A program made the translations under genes and the position numbers. Under the pieces are notes generated by a model. The model was not told the origin of the DNA, did no database searches, and worked only from the letters and a program-made list of their open reading frames with translations. A stretch of 64,000 bases of DNA from Pseudomonadales bacterium (GTDB lineage: Bacteria; Pseudomonadota; Gammaproteobacteria; Pseudomonadales; Oceanobacteraceae). This document shows, one piece after another, positions 51,811 through 61,377 of the stretch (the first letter of the stretch is position 1; each line of letters opens with the position of its first letter). Location of the stretch: positions 877,846 through 941,845 of the forward strand of contig OY821639.1 in assembly GCA_963682115.1 (NCBI GenBank), written 5' to 3'.

Positions 51811-52728
51811 TTAGGGCCCGGCTGCCTTTCTGCCCCTGCTCTTCACGGCCCGCCGTAATAACCGGTCCGGCAACTGATGCCACTGGTACAACGCCAGACC
51901 GCCCAGCAGGCAGGCAGCGCCGCCGGCAGCACTGGCCGACAGACGTTCATCTTTCAGCCAGTACCCCCAGAACACAGCCAGTACCGGAGCAATCAGCGTA
52001 ATCAGGGTAACCCGTGAAGTAGGCAGGGACTTGAGCACATAGAAGTACAGCATAAATCCCAGCAACGAGCCGAAAATAACCAGATAACCAAGGCCGGCCG
52101 CCGCTTCTGCCGGCCACTGCTGCGGAATATGAATACCGAACAGCGGAATGGTCAGCACATAGCCCAGTGATGACACCCACAGGGTGCCACTGGTCTGCAC
52201 CAGTGGATGCAGGCCGGCATTCACCTGCTTGACCCACACCGCACTGGCGGCAAAGCAGAACACCGACACCAGTGTCCCCAGCACTCCGCGCCAGGCTCCG
52301 GCATCCAGACTCAGGCGCGCAGACACCACCATCCACAACCCGGTCAGGGCAAATATCAGTGCCACCATTCTGGCCGGCGTCAGCTCACGTTCCTTCAGCC
52401 AGACCCAGGCCAGTGCACCGGACAGCATGGGGGCCAGCCCATAAATCACCGAGATCAGACCGGACGGAATGTAATGCGCTCCCCAGTACACCGCCATCAT
52501 GGCAGCATAAATACCGAGCGAACCGGCGACATAGCTGCGCAGAGCCTGGCGGGTCAGCAGCAGACGCTGCCGCAGCAACCATAACAAAGGCAATGACAGC
52601 AAGGCACTGAGCCACATCCGCAGACTGACTGCGGTATAAAAATCCAGTCCGCTCTGGCTGAACTGAATGGCGATGGGCGTCGTCGACCAGATAAAGACAA
52701 CACCCAGATAGGCAATAAGTACTGGCAT
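51811..52728 (-). CDS. DMT superfamily transporter (two EamA domains)
   Basis: 305 aa with ~10 TM helices and the duplicated EamA pattern. Confidence 0.8.
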   Translation of the reverse strand: MPVLIAYLGVVFIWSTTPIAIQFSQSGLDFYTAVSLRMWLSALLSLPLLWLLRQRLLLTRQALRSYVAGSLGIYAAMMAVYWGAHYIPSGLISVIYGLAPMLSGALAWVWLKERELTPARMVALIFALTGLWMVVSARLSLDAGAWRGVLGTLVSVFCFAASAVWVKQVNAGLHPLVQTSGTLWVSSLGYVLTIPLFGIHIPQQWPAEAAAGLGYLVIFGSLLGFMLYFYVLKSLPTSRVTLITLIAPVLAVFWGYWLKDERLSASAAGGAACLLGGLALYQWHQLPDRLLRRAVKSRGRKAAGP

Positions 52729-52771
52729 GAAATAAATCCCTGAAAACGGGAAGGAACACGGGACACGGACA

Positions 52772-52798
52772 CAAAAAAGGCCGCGTTAAGCGGCCTTT
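52772..52798 (-). terminator. Intrinsic terminator on the minus strand, 44 nt upstream of the EamA start codon (attenuator or sRNA end)
   Basis: The minus strand reads AAAGGCCGC-TTAAC-GCGGCCTTTTTTGTG, a 9-bp stem followed by a run of 6 U. Confidence 0.6.
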
Positions 52799-53149
52799 CC
52801 GGTATTAACTGATCCGTTAACCCATTGACCGCCCATCCACCGGAGAAACACAGCGCAGCGCTGCCGCACGTGCTTCGGCACGGGGAGCAGACATCGTTGG
52901 CAGCACTGGTTGCAGCAGGGTGACAGTCATAGGAATTACATGGAATTACGATATAAATACACACAGAAGCATAAAGGCCGGCATTCAGCTGTGCAAGTCT
53001 TTCATCAGAGTCTATGCTTTTCAGTACACAAAAACTGCAGGCCGACGCACTATGACTAATGATAAGTCATTCAGTTTCAACTGCAGAAAAATATTCCGGT
53101 GCAGGAATGCGCCGTGACAGATTTATCCGTCTGAACGCACAGGAATTTC

Positions 53150-54736
53150 ATGATGATTAAACGCTCTCTGCTGGCAGTTTCCATCGCTGCTGTCTCTTCC
53201 CAGGCTGCTTATGCGGCACCCTTTATGCCAATGGATGCCCGCGGTCTGGCGATGGGTAACACAGGTGTTGCCAGTGCCAAGCGCGCCCATGCACCAGCGT
53301 ACAACCCTTCCCTGCTGTCACAGGCTGCTGAAGACGATGATTTTGCCCTGATTTTTCCTCAGCTCGGCGTCAACCTGTCTGATGAAGAAGAAATTGCCGA
53401 TGAGGCTGAGCGGATCAGCGATGAAATTTTCCCGGCATTTGAAGATGCAATTGAAGGTGTTGCCGGCAGCTCCGCAGGTCTGGACGCCAACATTGACACT
53501 CTGACCCAGGATATTGCTGCCCTCGAAACCGCACTGTCTTCCGGTAATATTTCCAATATCCAGACAGCACAGAGCGACCTGGCTGACAGCCTGAATGCTG
53601 TGGATGGTGACTTGGTTACCACTCAATCAGCCGTCAGCGATCTGACCGATTCCCTGAACAGCATTTCCGGTAACCCGCTGTCCGGCCGCCTGGGTGTTGG
53701 TGCCGCACTGGCAATCCCGAGCAAGAAATTCGCAGCGGCAATCTCCCTGTCCGGCACTGCCAATGTATCCGCCAGAATCAATTTTTCAGATCGTGACCTG
53801 TCACTGCTGAACAGTTATGTTCCGGCAGCTCAGGGCTATGTTGATGCTGCCGAGCAGGTCAACACCGCCATCAGCGATGCTACCGCAGACGGCACTGTGA
53901 CCCCCACTGAACAGACTGCGCTGGAGAATTCTGTTAATGCTCTGCAGAACTACGACTACAGTAGCGGTGATACCGCCATATTTGAAAATGGCGCACTGAC
54001 CGACGAAGCCAGTGATGCCAACCTGACCTCCACCGCACAGGTTGTAGCGGTATCGGTCGTGGATCTCGGCCTGTCATTTTCCCGTGAATTTACCTTTGGC
54101 GAGGAAAAAGTGGCCATTGGTATCACGCCGAAGCTGCAGAAAATTTCCACCTATCACTACGCCGAAGAAGTGGATGGTTTTGAAGACGTGGAATCCGATG
54201 ACATTGAAGATTCCAAAGAAGATTACAGCAAAGTAAACCTGGACCTGGGTGCTTCCTGGCGCTTCGGCAGTGACGACCAGTGGATGCTGGGTCTGGTGGG
54301 TAAAAACCTGCTCGGCGGCGAATTTGATTACGCTGATACCGTCGTTACCCCGAAAGACGAAGATGGCAATATCAATGGCCTGCCATACACCATTGAAGGC
54401 GGTACCGTTTCACTGGATCCGCAGTACCGTGCCGGTATTGGCTATCATGGCAGCTGGTTTAACGCCGCACTGGATGTCGACCTGGCCGAAAACGATCCGA
54501 TCGCGTTTGAAAATCCGACTCAGTATGCATCACTGGGTGTGGAACTGGATGTGTTCAGCACCCTGCAACTGCGTGCCGGTTACCGCACCAACCTGAGCGT
54601 ATCCAACGCGGAAATCGTTTCTGTTGGTTTCGGTCTGTCCCCGTTCGGCATTCATCTGGATGTTGCCGCCATGGCGAACCCGAACAATGTCGAGCAGGAA
54701 GCCGGGGTTGCCCTGGAAACCGGTTTCTACTTCTGA
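53150..54736 (+). CDS. Outer-membrane beta-barrel protein, TraF_2 (PF13729)-like, with a long acidic helical insertion
   Basis: 528 aa with signal peptide ...SSQAAYA. The N-terminal motif DARGLAMGNTGVA and the C-terminal alternating beta-strand pattern ending in GFYF (terminal Phe) support the call. The family assignment is from memory. Confidence 0.45.
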   Translation: MMIKRSLLAVSIAAVSSQAAYAAPFMPMDARGLAMGNTGVASAKRAHAPAYNPSLLSQAAEDDDFALIFPQLGVNLSDEEEIADEAERISDEIFPAFEDAIEGVAGSSAGLDANIDTLTQDIAALETALSSGNISNIQTAQSDLADSLNAVDGDLVTTQSAVSDLTDSLNSISGNPLSGRLGVGAALAIPSKKFAAAISLSGTANVSARINFSDRDLSLLNSYVPAAQGYVDAAEQVNTAISDATADGTVTPTEQTALENSVNALQNYDYSSGDTAIFENGALTDEASDANLTSTAQVVAVSVVDLGLSFSREFTFGEEKVAIGITPKLQKISTYHYAEEVDGFEDVESDDIEDSKEDYSKVNLDLGASWRFGSDDQWMLGLVGKNLLGGEFDYADTVVTPKDEDGNINGLPYTIEGGTVSLDPQYRAGIGYHGSWFNAALDVDLAENDPIAFENPTQYASLGVELDVFSTLQLRAGYRTNLSVSNAEIVSVGFGLSPFGIHLDVAAMANPNNVEQEAGVALETGFYF

Positions 54737-54761
54737 TCCGGATTATCTGCACCACCCCCAG

Positions 54762-54790
54762 AGGGCCGGCTTATGCCGGCCCTTTTCTTT
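54762..54790 (+). terminator. Rho-independent terminator after the OMP gene
   Basis: AGGGCCGGC-TTAT-GCCGGCCCT followed by TTTCTTT. It lies inside the track's N-terminal extension of cca, which supports the shorter cca start. Confidence 0.8.
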
Positions 54791-54847
54791 CCGGTGCCTT
54801 TCTGCAGTAAAGTATCGCCTTTACCTTCACCGGTGACAGAGACAATC

Positions 54848-56086
54848 ATGCAGATATATCTGGTCGGCGGCGCCGTGCGCGACGCATTACTCAACCTTCC
54901 TGTGAAAGACCGTGACTGGGTTGTGGTCGGTGCCACGCCGGACGAACTGCTCGCCCGGGGGTTTCAGCAGGTTGGTGCCGACTTCCCCGTCTTCCTCCAT
55001 CCGGATAACCACGAAGAACACGCCCTCGCCCGCACCGAACGTAAATCCGGCAAAGGTTATCAGGGCTTTGATTGCCGCTTCAGCCCCGACATCACACTGG
55101 AAGAAGACCTGCTGCGCCGTGACCTGACCATCAATGCCATGGCCCGTGATGAGGCAGGCCATATTATCGACCCTTATGGCGGCCAGCAGGATCTGCAGCA
55201 GCGTCTGCTGCGTCATGTATCGCCGGCCTTCAGTGAAGACCCGCTGCGGGTTCTGCGTGTGGCCCGCTTTGCTGCCCGCTTTGCCTCACTCGGTTTCACC
55301 ATCGCACCCGCCACCATGACCCTGATGCAACAGATGGTCAGCGCCGGCGAACTGGATCACCTGGTCGCCGAGCGGGTGTGGACCGAAACCCGCCGCGCGC
55401 TGGGGGAAAAAACACCGCAGGTGTATTTTCAGGTGCTGCGCGACTGTGGCGCACTGGCGGTGTGGTTGCCGGAGCTGGATGCCCTGTTCGGTGTGCCACA
55501 GCCGGAGCAGCATCACCCGGAAATTGATTGCGGTGTCCACGCTCTGTTGTCGCTGCAGGCTTCCGTTTCACTCAGCGCAGACGTCAGTGTGCGCTGGGCA
55601 GCACTGATCCACGATCTGGGCAAGGCCCTGACCCCGGCAGACGAATGGCCACGGCATATTGGCCATGAAAAACGCGGTCTGACGGCCGTCAGAGCGCTGT
55701 GTGCCCGGTTAAAAGCGCCGAAAGACGCCACCGAACTGGCGCTGCTGAGCTGTGAATTTCACACCCATGTGCACCGCGCCACGGAACTGAAAGGCGGCAC
55801 CCTGAACAAGTTGTTCAACCAGCTGGATGCCTGGCGCAAAGCGGAACGTTTTGAGCAGTTTCTGCTGGTGTGTGAGGCCGATGCCAGAGGCCGCACCGGG
55901 CTGGAAGAGCAGCCCTATCCACAGGCGGACTACATGCGTAACGCACTGCAGCAGGCAGCAGCAATCAGCGCCAAAGATATGCTGGCACAGGGATTACAGG
56001 GCGCGGCAATACGTGAAGGGCTGGATCAGGCGCGCAGTGCCCGCCTGCAACAGTGGAAAGATCAGAGCGCCGGGCTCAGCGACTGA
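54848..56086 (+). CDS. cca: Multifunctional CCA-adding tRNA nucleotidyltransferase (with HD domain)
   Basis: Start trimmed to [26 protein letters not shown]. The motifs RTERK..GYQGF and HD (IHDLGK) are present. Confidence 0.9.
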   Translation: MQIYLVGGAVRDALLNLPVKDRDWVVVGATPDELLARGFQQVGADFPVFLHPDNHEEHALARTERKSGKGYQGFDCRFSPDITLEEDLLRRDLTINAMARDEAGHIIDPYGGQQDLQQRLLRHVSPAFSEDPLRVLRVARFAARFASLGFTIAPATMTLMQQMVSAGELDHLVAERVWTETRRALGEKTPQVYFQVLRDCGALAVWLPELDALFGVPQPEQHHPEIDCGVHALLSLQASVSLSADVSVRWAALIHDLGKALTPADEWPRHIGHEKRGLTAVRALCARLKAPKDATELALLSCEFHTHVHRATELKGGTLNKLFNQLDAWRKAERFEQFLLVCEADARGRTGLEEQPYPQADYMRNALQQAAAISAKDMLAQGLQGAAIREGLDQARSARLQQWKDQSAGLSD

Positions 56087-56562
56087 TCCTGTCTGAGCGG
56101 ATACAGCGGCTGCCCGGCCAGCGGTGGCCAGAAATCACTTAACGGCCGCCCACTCTGAGGGTCCAGCCCCTGTGGAAAGATATCCAGCAGCGGGCGCAGT
56201 ACAAACGCATATTCGCGGATATCACTGCGCGGCAGCTGCAGACCGGAAAAATCCCCCACCCAGTCATTGTAAAGAAGAATATCAATATCCAGCAGGCGGG
56301 AAGAAAACTTAACGGCATCCAGCGGCCGGCCAAAATCGTATTCTATCTGCTTCAGGTCAGCCCGCAGCTGCAGCAGGCTGCAGTCACATTCGATCTCAAC
56401 CACCAGATTGATAAAGTCCGGACCATTGAACCCCAGTGCCGGTGAACGGTACCAGGGGGATTCACTGAGCAGGCGGTAATCCTGTGCCAGCCGGGCAATG
56501 CCAGCGGCCAGATTCGGTTCCGCTTTCAGATTGGACCCCAGTCCGAGAAATACTCTGGCCAT
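56062..56562 (-). CDS. folK: 2-amino-4-hydroxy-6-hydroxymethyldihydropteridine diphosphokinase
   Basis: Start trimmed to [12 protein letters not shown]. ...LDIDILLY... and ...LPR.D..ERAFVL-like motifs are present. Confidence 0.85.
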   Translation of the reverse strand: MARVFLGLGSNLKAEPNLAAGIARLAQDYRLLSESPWYRSPALGFNGPDFINLVVEIECDCSLLQLRADLKQIEYDFGRPLDAVKFSSRLLDIDILLYNDWVGDFSGLQLPRSDIREYAFVLRPLLDIFPQGLDPQSGRPLSDFWPPLAGQPLYPLRQDQSLSPAL

Positions 56563-56563
56563 A

Positions 56564-56917
56564 TCAGTGACTGCCCCGTTCAATACATAAACCAACCGCC
56601 CGCGCCTGTGGCACGACCGCCGGTTTTTCCACCTGCAGACGCAGCCATGGTATGCCGAACTCACTTCTCAGGACATCCGCCAGATGCTCAATCAGGGACT
56701 CCAGCAGCTGAAAATGCTTCTCAGCCACAAAACCTTCAATAAATTCTGTCACAGCCTGATAATTAAGCGCATGCGTCAGGTCATCGGTGGCTGCCGCCAT
56801 TCCGATATCCCAGGCCATTTCCAGATCAAACACCAGCGGCTGACGCACCTGCTTTTCCCAATCGTAAACACCAATCACCGCATCGACTTTCAGACCGCGG
56901 ATAAACACCTTATCCAT
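56564..56917 (-). CDS. folB: Dihydroneopterin aldolase
   Basis: Start trimmed to [23 protein letters not shown], the canonical FolB N-terminus. Confidence 0.85.
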   Translation of the reverse strand: MDKVFIRGLKVDAVIGVYDWEKQVRQPLVFDLEMAWDIGMAAATDDLTHALNYQAVTEFIEGFVAEKHFQLLESLIEHLADVLRSEFGIPWLRLQVEKPAVVPQARAVGLCIERGSH

Positions 56918-57953
56918 GAGCAACTCCATCAACCGGCGGCAGAGAGGTCATCGGCCAGCGTGGCACCACCGCAACCGCCAGCCCGGAATGCTCCCCGGCC
57001 AGCAGACGCTGGGTACCGGCATAAGCGATCATCGCACCGTTATCAGTGCACAGTTGCGGACGCGGGTAATACACAGCGCCCTGCAGCGCCTCCGCTGTTT
57101 GCCGCAGTTTCTCGCGCAGACGCTTATTGGCGCCGACACCGCCGGCAATAATCAGGCGATTGATGCCGGTCTGTTGCATCGCACGTTTGCATTTGATCGC
57201 CAGAGTATCGACCACAGCGGCCTGAAAACCCGCGGCGATATCGGCTTTGTCCTGTTCCGCCAGTACACCATCCACCGCCTGCGCCAGAATGGTGGTGCGG
57301 GTAAAGGTCTTCAGGCCACTGAAGCTGAAATCCAGCCCCGGACGGTCGGTCATCGGTCGCGGGAATTTAAAGCGTTTGTCATCACCACTGTCCGCCAGCC
57401 GACTCAGCGCCGGTCCACCAGGATACGGCAAACCCATCATTTTCGCCGCCTTATCAAAGGCCTCACCGGCCGCATCATCCAGCGACTCCCCTAACAGGTG
57501 GTAACGGCCAATGCCGTCAACCTGAATCAGCTGGGTGTGTCCGCCAGACACCAATAAAGCAATAAAAGGAAATTGCGGTGGGTTATCTTCCAGCATCGGC
57601 GCCAGCAGATGACCTTCCATATGATGCACGCCCAGCGCCGGGATATTCAGCGCCCAGGCCAGACTGCGCCCCAGACAGGCACCGACCAGCAACGCACCGA
57701 CCAGTCCCGGACCGGAGGTATAAGCCACGGCGTCGAGATCGCCAAAACCGAGGCCCGCTTCATCCAGCACTTCACGGATCAGCGGACGGGCTTTGCGGAC
57801 ATGATCGCGGGAGGCCAGCTCGGGCACCACACCGCCGTATTCCGCATGCAGGGCAATCTGGGAATACACCCGATGCGCCAGCAGGCCCTGTTCGCTGTCG
57901 TACAGCGCAATACCAGTTTCATCACAGGATGTTTCCAGGCCCAGAACCCGCAT
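56910..57953 (-). CDS. tsaD: tRNA N6-adenosine threonylcarbamoyltransferase TsaD
   Basis: Start trimmed to [14 protein letters not shown]. The motifs HMEGH and SGGHT are present, and the gene is divergent from rpsU. Confidence 0.9.
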   Translation of the reverse strand: MRVLGLETSCDETGIALYDSEQGLLAHRVYSQIALHAEYGGVVPELASRDHVRKARPLIREVLDEAGLGFGDLDAVAYTSGPGLVGALLVGACLGRSLAWALNIPALGVHHMEGHLLAPMLEDNPPQFPFIALLVSGGHTQLIQVDGIGRYHLLGESLDDAAGEAFDKAAKMMGLPYPGGPALSRLADSGDDKRFKFPRPMTDRPGLDFSFSGLKTFTRTTILAQAVDGVLAEQDKADIAAGFQAAVVDTLAIKCKRAMQQTGINRLIIAGGVGANKRLREKLRQTAEALQGAVYYPRPQLCTDNGAMIAYAGTQRLLAGEHSGLAVAVVPRWPMTSLPPVDGVAHG

Positions 57954-58156
57954 AGCCGACCTCATATCAGATAAGGGCGGCAATGATACTGCCGCGTCCC
58001 AACTGATGCCAGCCGCAATCTGAAGCCGGGTGATGAATGACCGGCAGAAAGCGGGCTTTGCATTCTGTTGTTAAAGACTATAGAATGCCCGCCCTCTGAC
58101 TGGGGCCTGTGGTTTCCCCGACAACAAAACTGAACAAATTTTTAGTAGGTGATTGG

Positions 58157-58372
58157 ATGCCAGCTGTAAAAGTTAAAGAAAACGAACCATTCGACGTAGC
58201 ACTGCGTCGCTTCAAGCGCTCCTGCGAGAAAGCCGGTGTACTGTCTGAAGTACGTCGTCGCGAGCACTACGAGAAGCCAACCTGGGTTCGTAAGCGTAAA
58301 GCCGCTGCTGCTGTTAAGCGCCACCTGAAAAAGGTACAGCGTGAACAGCGCAAAATGATCCGTCTGTACTGA
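58157..58372 (+). CDS. rpsU: 30S ribosomal protein S21
   Basis: 71 aa. [42 protein letters not shown] is near-identical to the enterobacterial/pseudomonad S21 pattern. Confidence 0.95.
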   Translation: MPAVKVKENEPFDVALRRFKRSCEKAGVLSEVRRREHYEKPTWVRKRKAAAAVKRHLKKVQREQRKMIRLY

Positions 58373-58394
58373 TCACAGACTATCAGGGACCACT

Positions 58395-58841
58395 ATGAGC
58401 ACACTGGTAGAAACCGTTAAAGCCGCCGTAAAAGACGCCATGCGCGCCAAAGACAAACCACGTCTTTCCGCCCTCCGTCTTATTACCGCTGAGTTTAAAA
58501 AGGTTGAAGTGGATGAGCGTATCGAAGTCGATGACGCCCGTGCTCTGGTAATCCTCGATAAAATGACCAAACAGCGTCGCGACTCCATTACCGCTTACCG
58601 GGATGCGGGCCGCGATGAGCTGGCAGATGCCGAACAGTTCGAAATTGACGTACTGAGCGAATTTCTGCCAGAAGCCTTGAGCGAAGAAGAGTTGGCCAAA
58701 CTGGTGGCTGATGCGATTGCACAGTCCGGTGCTGCAGGTATGCAGGACATGGGCAAAGTCATGGGCATCCTGAAACCACAAGTGCAAGGTCGTGCCGATA
58801 TGGCACAGATCAGTCAACTGGTTAAGTCTCAACTGGGCTGA
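58395..58841 (+). CDS. GatB/YqeY domain-containing protein
   Basis: 148 aa. ...AMRAKDK.RLSALRLI.AEFK... and ...MGKVMGILKPQ..GRADM are YqeY hallmarks. Confidence 0.85.
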   Translation: MSTLVETVKAAVKDAMRAKDKPRLSALRLITAEFKKVEVDERIEVDDARALVILDKMTKQRRDSITAYRDAGRDELADAEQFEIDVLSEFLPEALSEEELAKLVADAIAQSGAAGMQDMGKVMGILKPQVQGRADMAQISQLVKSQLG

Positions 58842-58861
58842 TTCCGCTGCGGGCACAGAAG

Positions 58862-58895
58862 AGCGCTGCTCATCACAGGTGAGTGGCGCTTTTTG
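58862..58895 (+). terminator. Internal (partial?) intrinsic terminator between yqeY and dnaG
   Basis: 11-bp stem AGCGCTGCTCA-TCACAGG-TGAGTGGCGCT (two G-U pairs) followed by TTTTT. Its position is analogous to the T1 attenuator of the E. coli rpsU-dnaG-rpoD operon. Confidence 0.6.
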
Positions 58896-59121
58896 CGTTT
58901 CCCGAGATTAATTCCCGTCAAGCGCTGCAGCAACAGACCCTCCGCAGACAGCCAAAATGTCACCGAGGCCGTTGCGGCAAGACAGAAGCAGACGGGCGAG
59001 CGGAGTTTATAAAACATCAATATCCGCTTTACTCCCCCTTCGGGCGCCCTCCAGATTCTGGAGAATCCAGTGAGCATCTTGTAATGTTCAACACAGCTGC
59101 AACAACGCAGGTAGTTTTTTG

Positions 59122-60984
59122 ATGGCTGGCCGTATTCCGCAATCTTTTATCGATGACCTTCTTGCCCGTGTCGATGTCGTCGACGTGGTGGACAGTCGCG
59201 TCAAGCTGAAAAAGACCGGTAAAAACTACTCCGCCTGCTGTCCGTTCCATAACGAGAACACCCCCTCCTTCACAGTCAGTCCGGACAAACAGTTCTATTA
59301 CTGTTTCGGCTGTGGTGCGTCAGGAACCGCGCTGAAGTTTGTGATGGAGTTCGACGGCCTGAGCTTCCCCGATGCGGTGGAAAAACTCGCCTCCCAGGCC
59401 GGCATGGAAGTCCCGCGCGAACAGGCCAGCTTTGAAGCCCGTCAGGAACAGCAGCACCAGCCGCTGTTCGGCCTGATGCAGAAAGCCGGGCACTACTACG
59501 AGCAGATGCTGCGCAGCCATGAGAAAAAGCACCGCGCCGTGGATTACCTGAAAAACCGCGGCCTGTCCGGCAAAGCTGCCAAATTCTTTGGTATTGGTTA
59601 CGCCCCGCCGGGCTGGGACAATCTGCAGGATTTTCTCGCCGGCAACGGCGACAAAGACAGCATAAAGCAGCTGATTGCCTGCGGTATGCTGATCGAGAAA
59701 GAAGATGGCCGTACCTACGACCGTTTCCGCGACCGTATTATGTTCCCCATCCGCGATGCCCGCGGACGTTACATCGCCTTCGGCGGCCGCGTGCTGGGGG
59801 ATGAAAAGCCCAAATACCTGAACTCACCGGAAACCCCGATCTTCCAGAAAGGCCGCGAACTTTACGGCCTGTATGAAGCACGCAAAATCCGTCAGAAACT
59901 GACCCGCTTTGTGATTGTGGAAGGCTACATGGATGTGGTGGCACTGGCTGAATTCGGCATTCATTACGCCGTGGCAACGCTCGGTACCGCAACCAGCGAA
60001 CACCACTTACGCCGGCTGTTTAAAATCGTGCCGGAAGTTATTTTCTGCTTTGACGGTGACCAGGCCGGACGCACGGCCGCCTCCCGCGCCATGGAAACCG
60101 TTCTGCCGGTGCTCGACGACGGCCTGCAGGCACGCTTCCTGTTCCTGCCAGACGGCGAAGACCCCGACACCCTGGTCCGGCGTGAAGGCAAAGCTGCATT
60201 CGAAGAACGCCTGAACAACGCAGTTCACCTGCCGGAGTTCCTGTTTGATCACCTCAAGGAACAGGTCGACTTCGACACCCTGGACGGCAAGGCCCGCCTT
60301 GATCAGCTGGCAGCACCACTGATCAACCGGTTGCCGCGCGGCACCACACTGCGCAACCTGATGGAAAAATCCCTGCAGGATCAGATCGGCACCGAAAGTG
60401 CGGCGCTGAAGAAACTGGAAAACCAGCCCCAGCCAGCAGCTTCAGCCACCGCCGCATCCACTGCAGAGCACACGCCCAGCGAACCGGAATACCTGCACGA
60501 TGAAACACAGCAGGCTGAACCGCCAGCCATGGATCACAGCGCCGACAACCTGGCACCACTGGTGTATAAAGCTCTGACAGCACTGGTCCGCCAGCCGGCA
60601 CTGGCCGGCAAACTGGCACTGCCGGAGGCTGACCCGGAAAGCGAAAACGAACGCCTGCTGCTGGAAGTGCTGAAGAAACTCAAAGCCGCTCCGCAGCAGA
60701 GCAGTGTCGGCCTGCTGATTCAGTGGACCGGTTCGCCCTACCAGGCAGAGCTGCAGCAACTGGCCGACAACCCGAACTCCAGAATCATGCCGTCAGCCTC
60801 AGACATTGCCGAAGTCCTGAAACAGATGAGCGCCCGCAAACTGAGCGCAGAAATCCGTCAGTTTGCCCAGCGCATGGAGCGCGGCGAAAAACTCAATCAG
60901 GAAGAGCGCGCCCTGTGGCGCGAGAAGCAACGGCAACTGCACAGCATTCAGAAAAAACGCGCGCGTATTTACGCCCGCCCATAA
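59122..60984 (+). CDS. dnaG: DNA primase DnaG
   Basis: About 620 aa with a zinc ribbon (CCPFHNENTPSF...YYCFGCGASG), a TOPRIM domain (VEGYMDV...DGDQAG) and a C-terminal DnaB-interaction domain. Confidence 0.9.
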   Translation: MAGRIPQSFIDDLLARVDVVDVVDSRVKLKKTGKNYSACCPFHNENTPSFTVSPDKQFYYCFGCGASGTALKFVMEFDGLSFPDAVEKLASQAGMEVPREQASFEARQEQQHQPLFGLMQKAGHYYEQMLRSHEKKHRAVDYLKNRGLSGKAAKFFGIGYAPPGWDNLQDFLAGNGDKDSIKQLIACGMLIEKEDGRTYDRFRDRIMFPIRDARGRYIAFGGRVLGDEKPKYLNSPETPIFQKGRELYGLYEARKIRQKLTRFVIVEGYMDVVALAEFGIHYAVATLGTATSEHHLRRLFKIVPEVIFCFDGDQAGRTAASRAMETVLPVLDDGLQARFLFLPDGEDPDTLVRREGKAAFEERLNNAVHLPEFLFDHLKEQVDFDTLDGKARLDQLAAPLINRLPRGTTLRNLMEKSLQDQIGTESAALKKLENQPQPAASATAASTAEHTPSEPEYLHDETQQAEPPAMDHSADNLAPLVYKALTALVRQPALAGKLALPEADPESENERLLLEVLKKLKAAPQQSSVGLLIQWTGSPYQAELQQLADNPNSRIMPSASDIAEVLKQMSARKLSAEIRQFAQRMERGEKLNQEERALWREKQRQLHSIQKKRARIYARP

Positions 60985-61039
60985 AAGGGCTGATTTACCT
61001 GCCGGATCGGAAAAATGTGCGCTATTTGCGCTTCTTACC

Positions 61040-61067
61040 CTTGAGATCCGGCTGATGAGCCCTATAT
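61040..61067 (+). promoter_or_regulatory. Candidate sigma32 heat-shock promoter upstream of rpoD
   Basis: CTTGAGA-13 nt-CCCTATAT compared with the consensus CTTGAAA-N13-15-CCCCATNT. E. coli rpoD has a sigma32 promoter (P-HS) upstream. Confidence 0.35.
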
Positions 61068-61377
61068 TAAGACCACCGCCGGAATAACCGCTGAACAAGC
61101 TGGCCGGCAAACACAATCACTGCAGCAGCGCAGCACTCAACGTGACCAAGAGCCAAGCGGCCAGCACCGGTACTCAGGGCATATCTCCGCCATACCGGGC
61201 ACAGATTCACGCGATCTGACCTTGCTGAAGATGTTGAAGCATGTGACCGGCAACGGGGAACCTGTGAATTGCACAAATTCCTGGGAACCACGGGGCTATG
61301 CTATGGCCTAACAGTCGGTTAAAAGTTATACTTCGGCGTTTTTCTTCCGCCTTTAAAAATCGGAACACAGGGCTTAT

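Noticed and set aside
51752-51883. N-terminal extensions in the ORF track (51146..51883, and likewise 15025..15585, 56062..56664, 58109..58372, 54773..56086, 32613..34100, 42387..43247, 6146..6718, 1539..2666)
   Set aside because: Internal ATGs give canonical N-termini (signal peptides, prepilin motifs, conserved family starts) with better SD placement. They also avoid overlaps with neighbouring genes or terminators.
52817-52930. 37-codon ORF in the EamA leader as a classical leader-peptide attenuator
   Set aside because: It has no Shine-Dalgarno sequence and no run of a single regulatory amino-acid codon. It is kept only as part of the broader leader/sRNA finding.
56062-56086. 25-nt overlap of the convergent 3' ends of cca and folK
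   Set aside because: Short convergent overlaps are common in compact genomes. No additional structure or ORF was seen, so it is not considered noteworthy.
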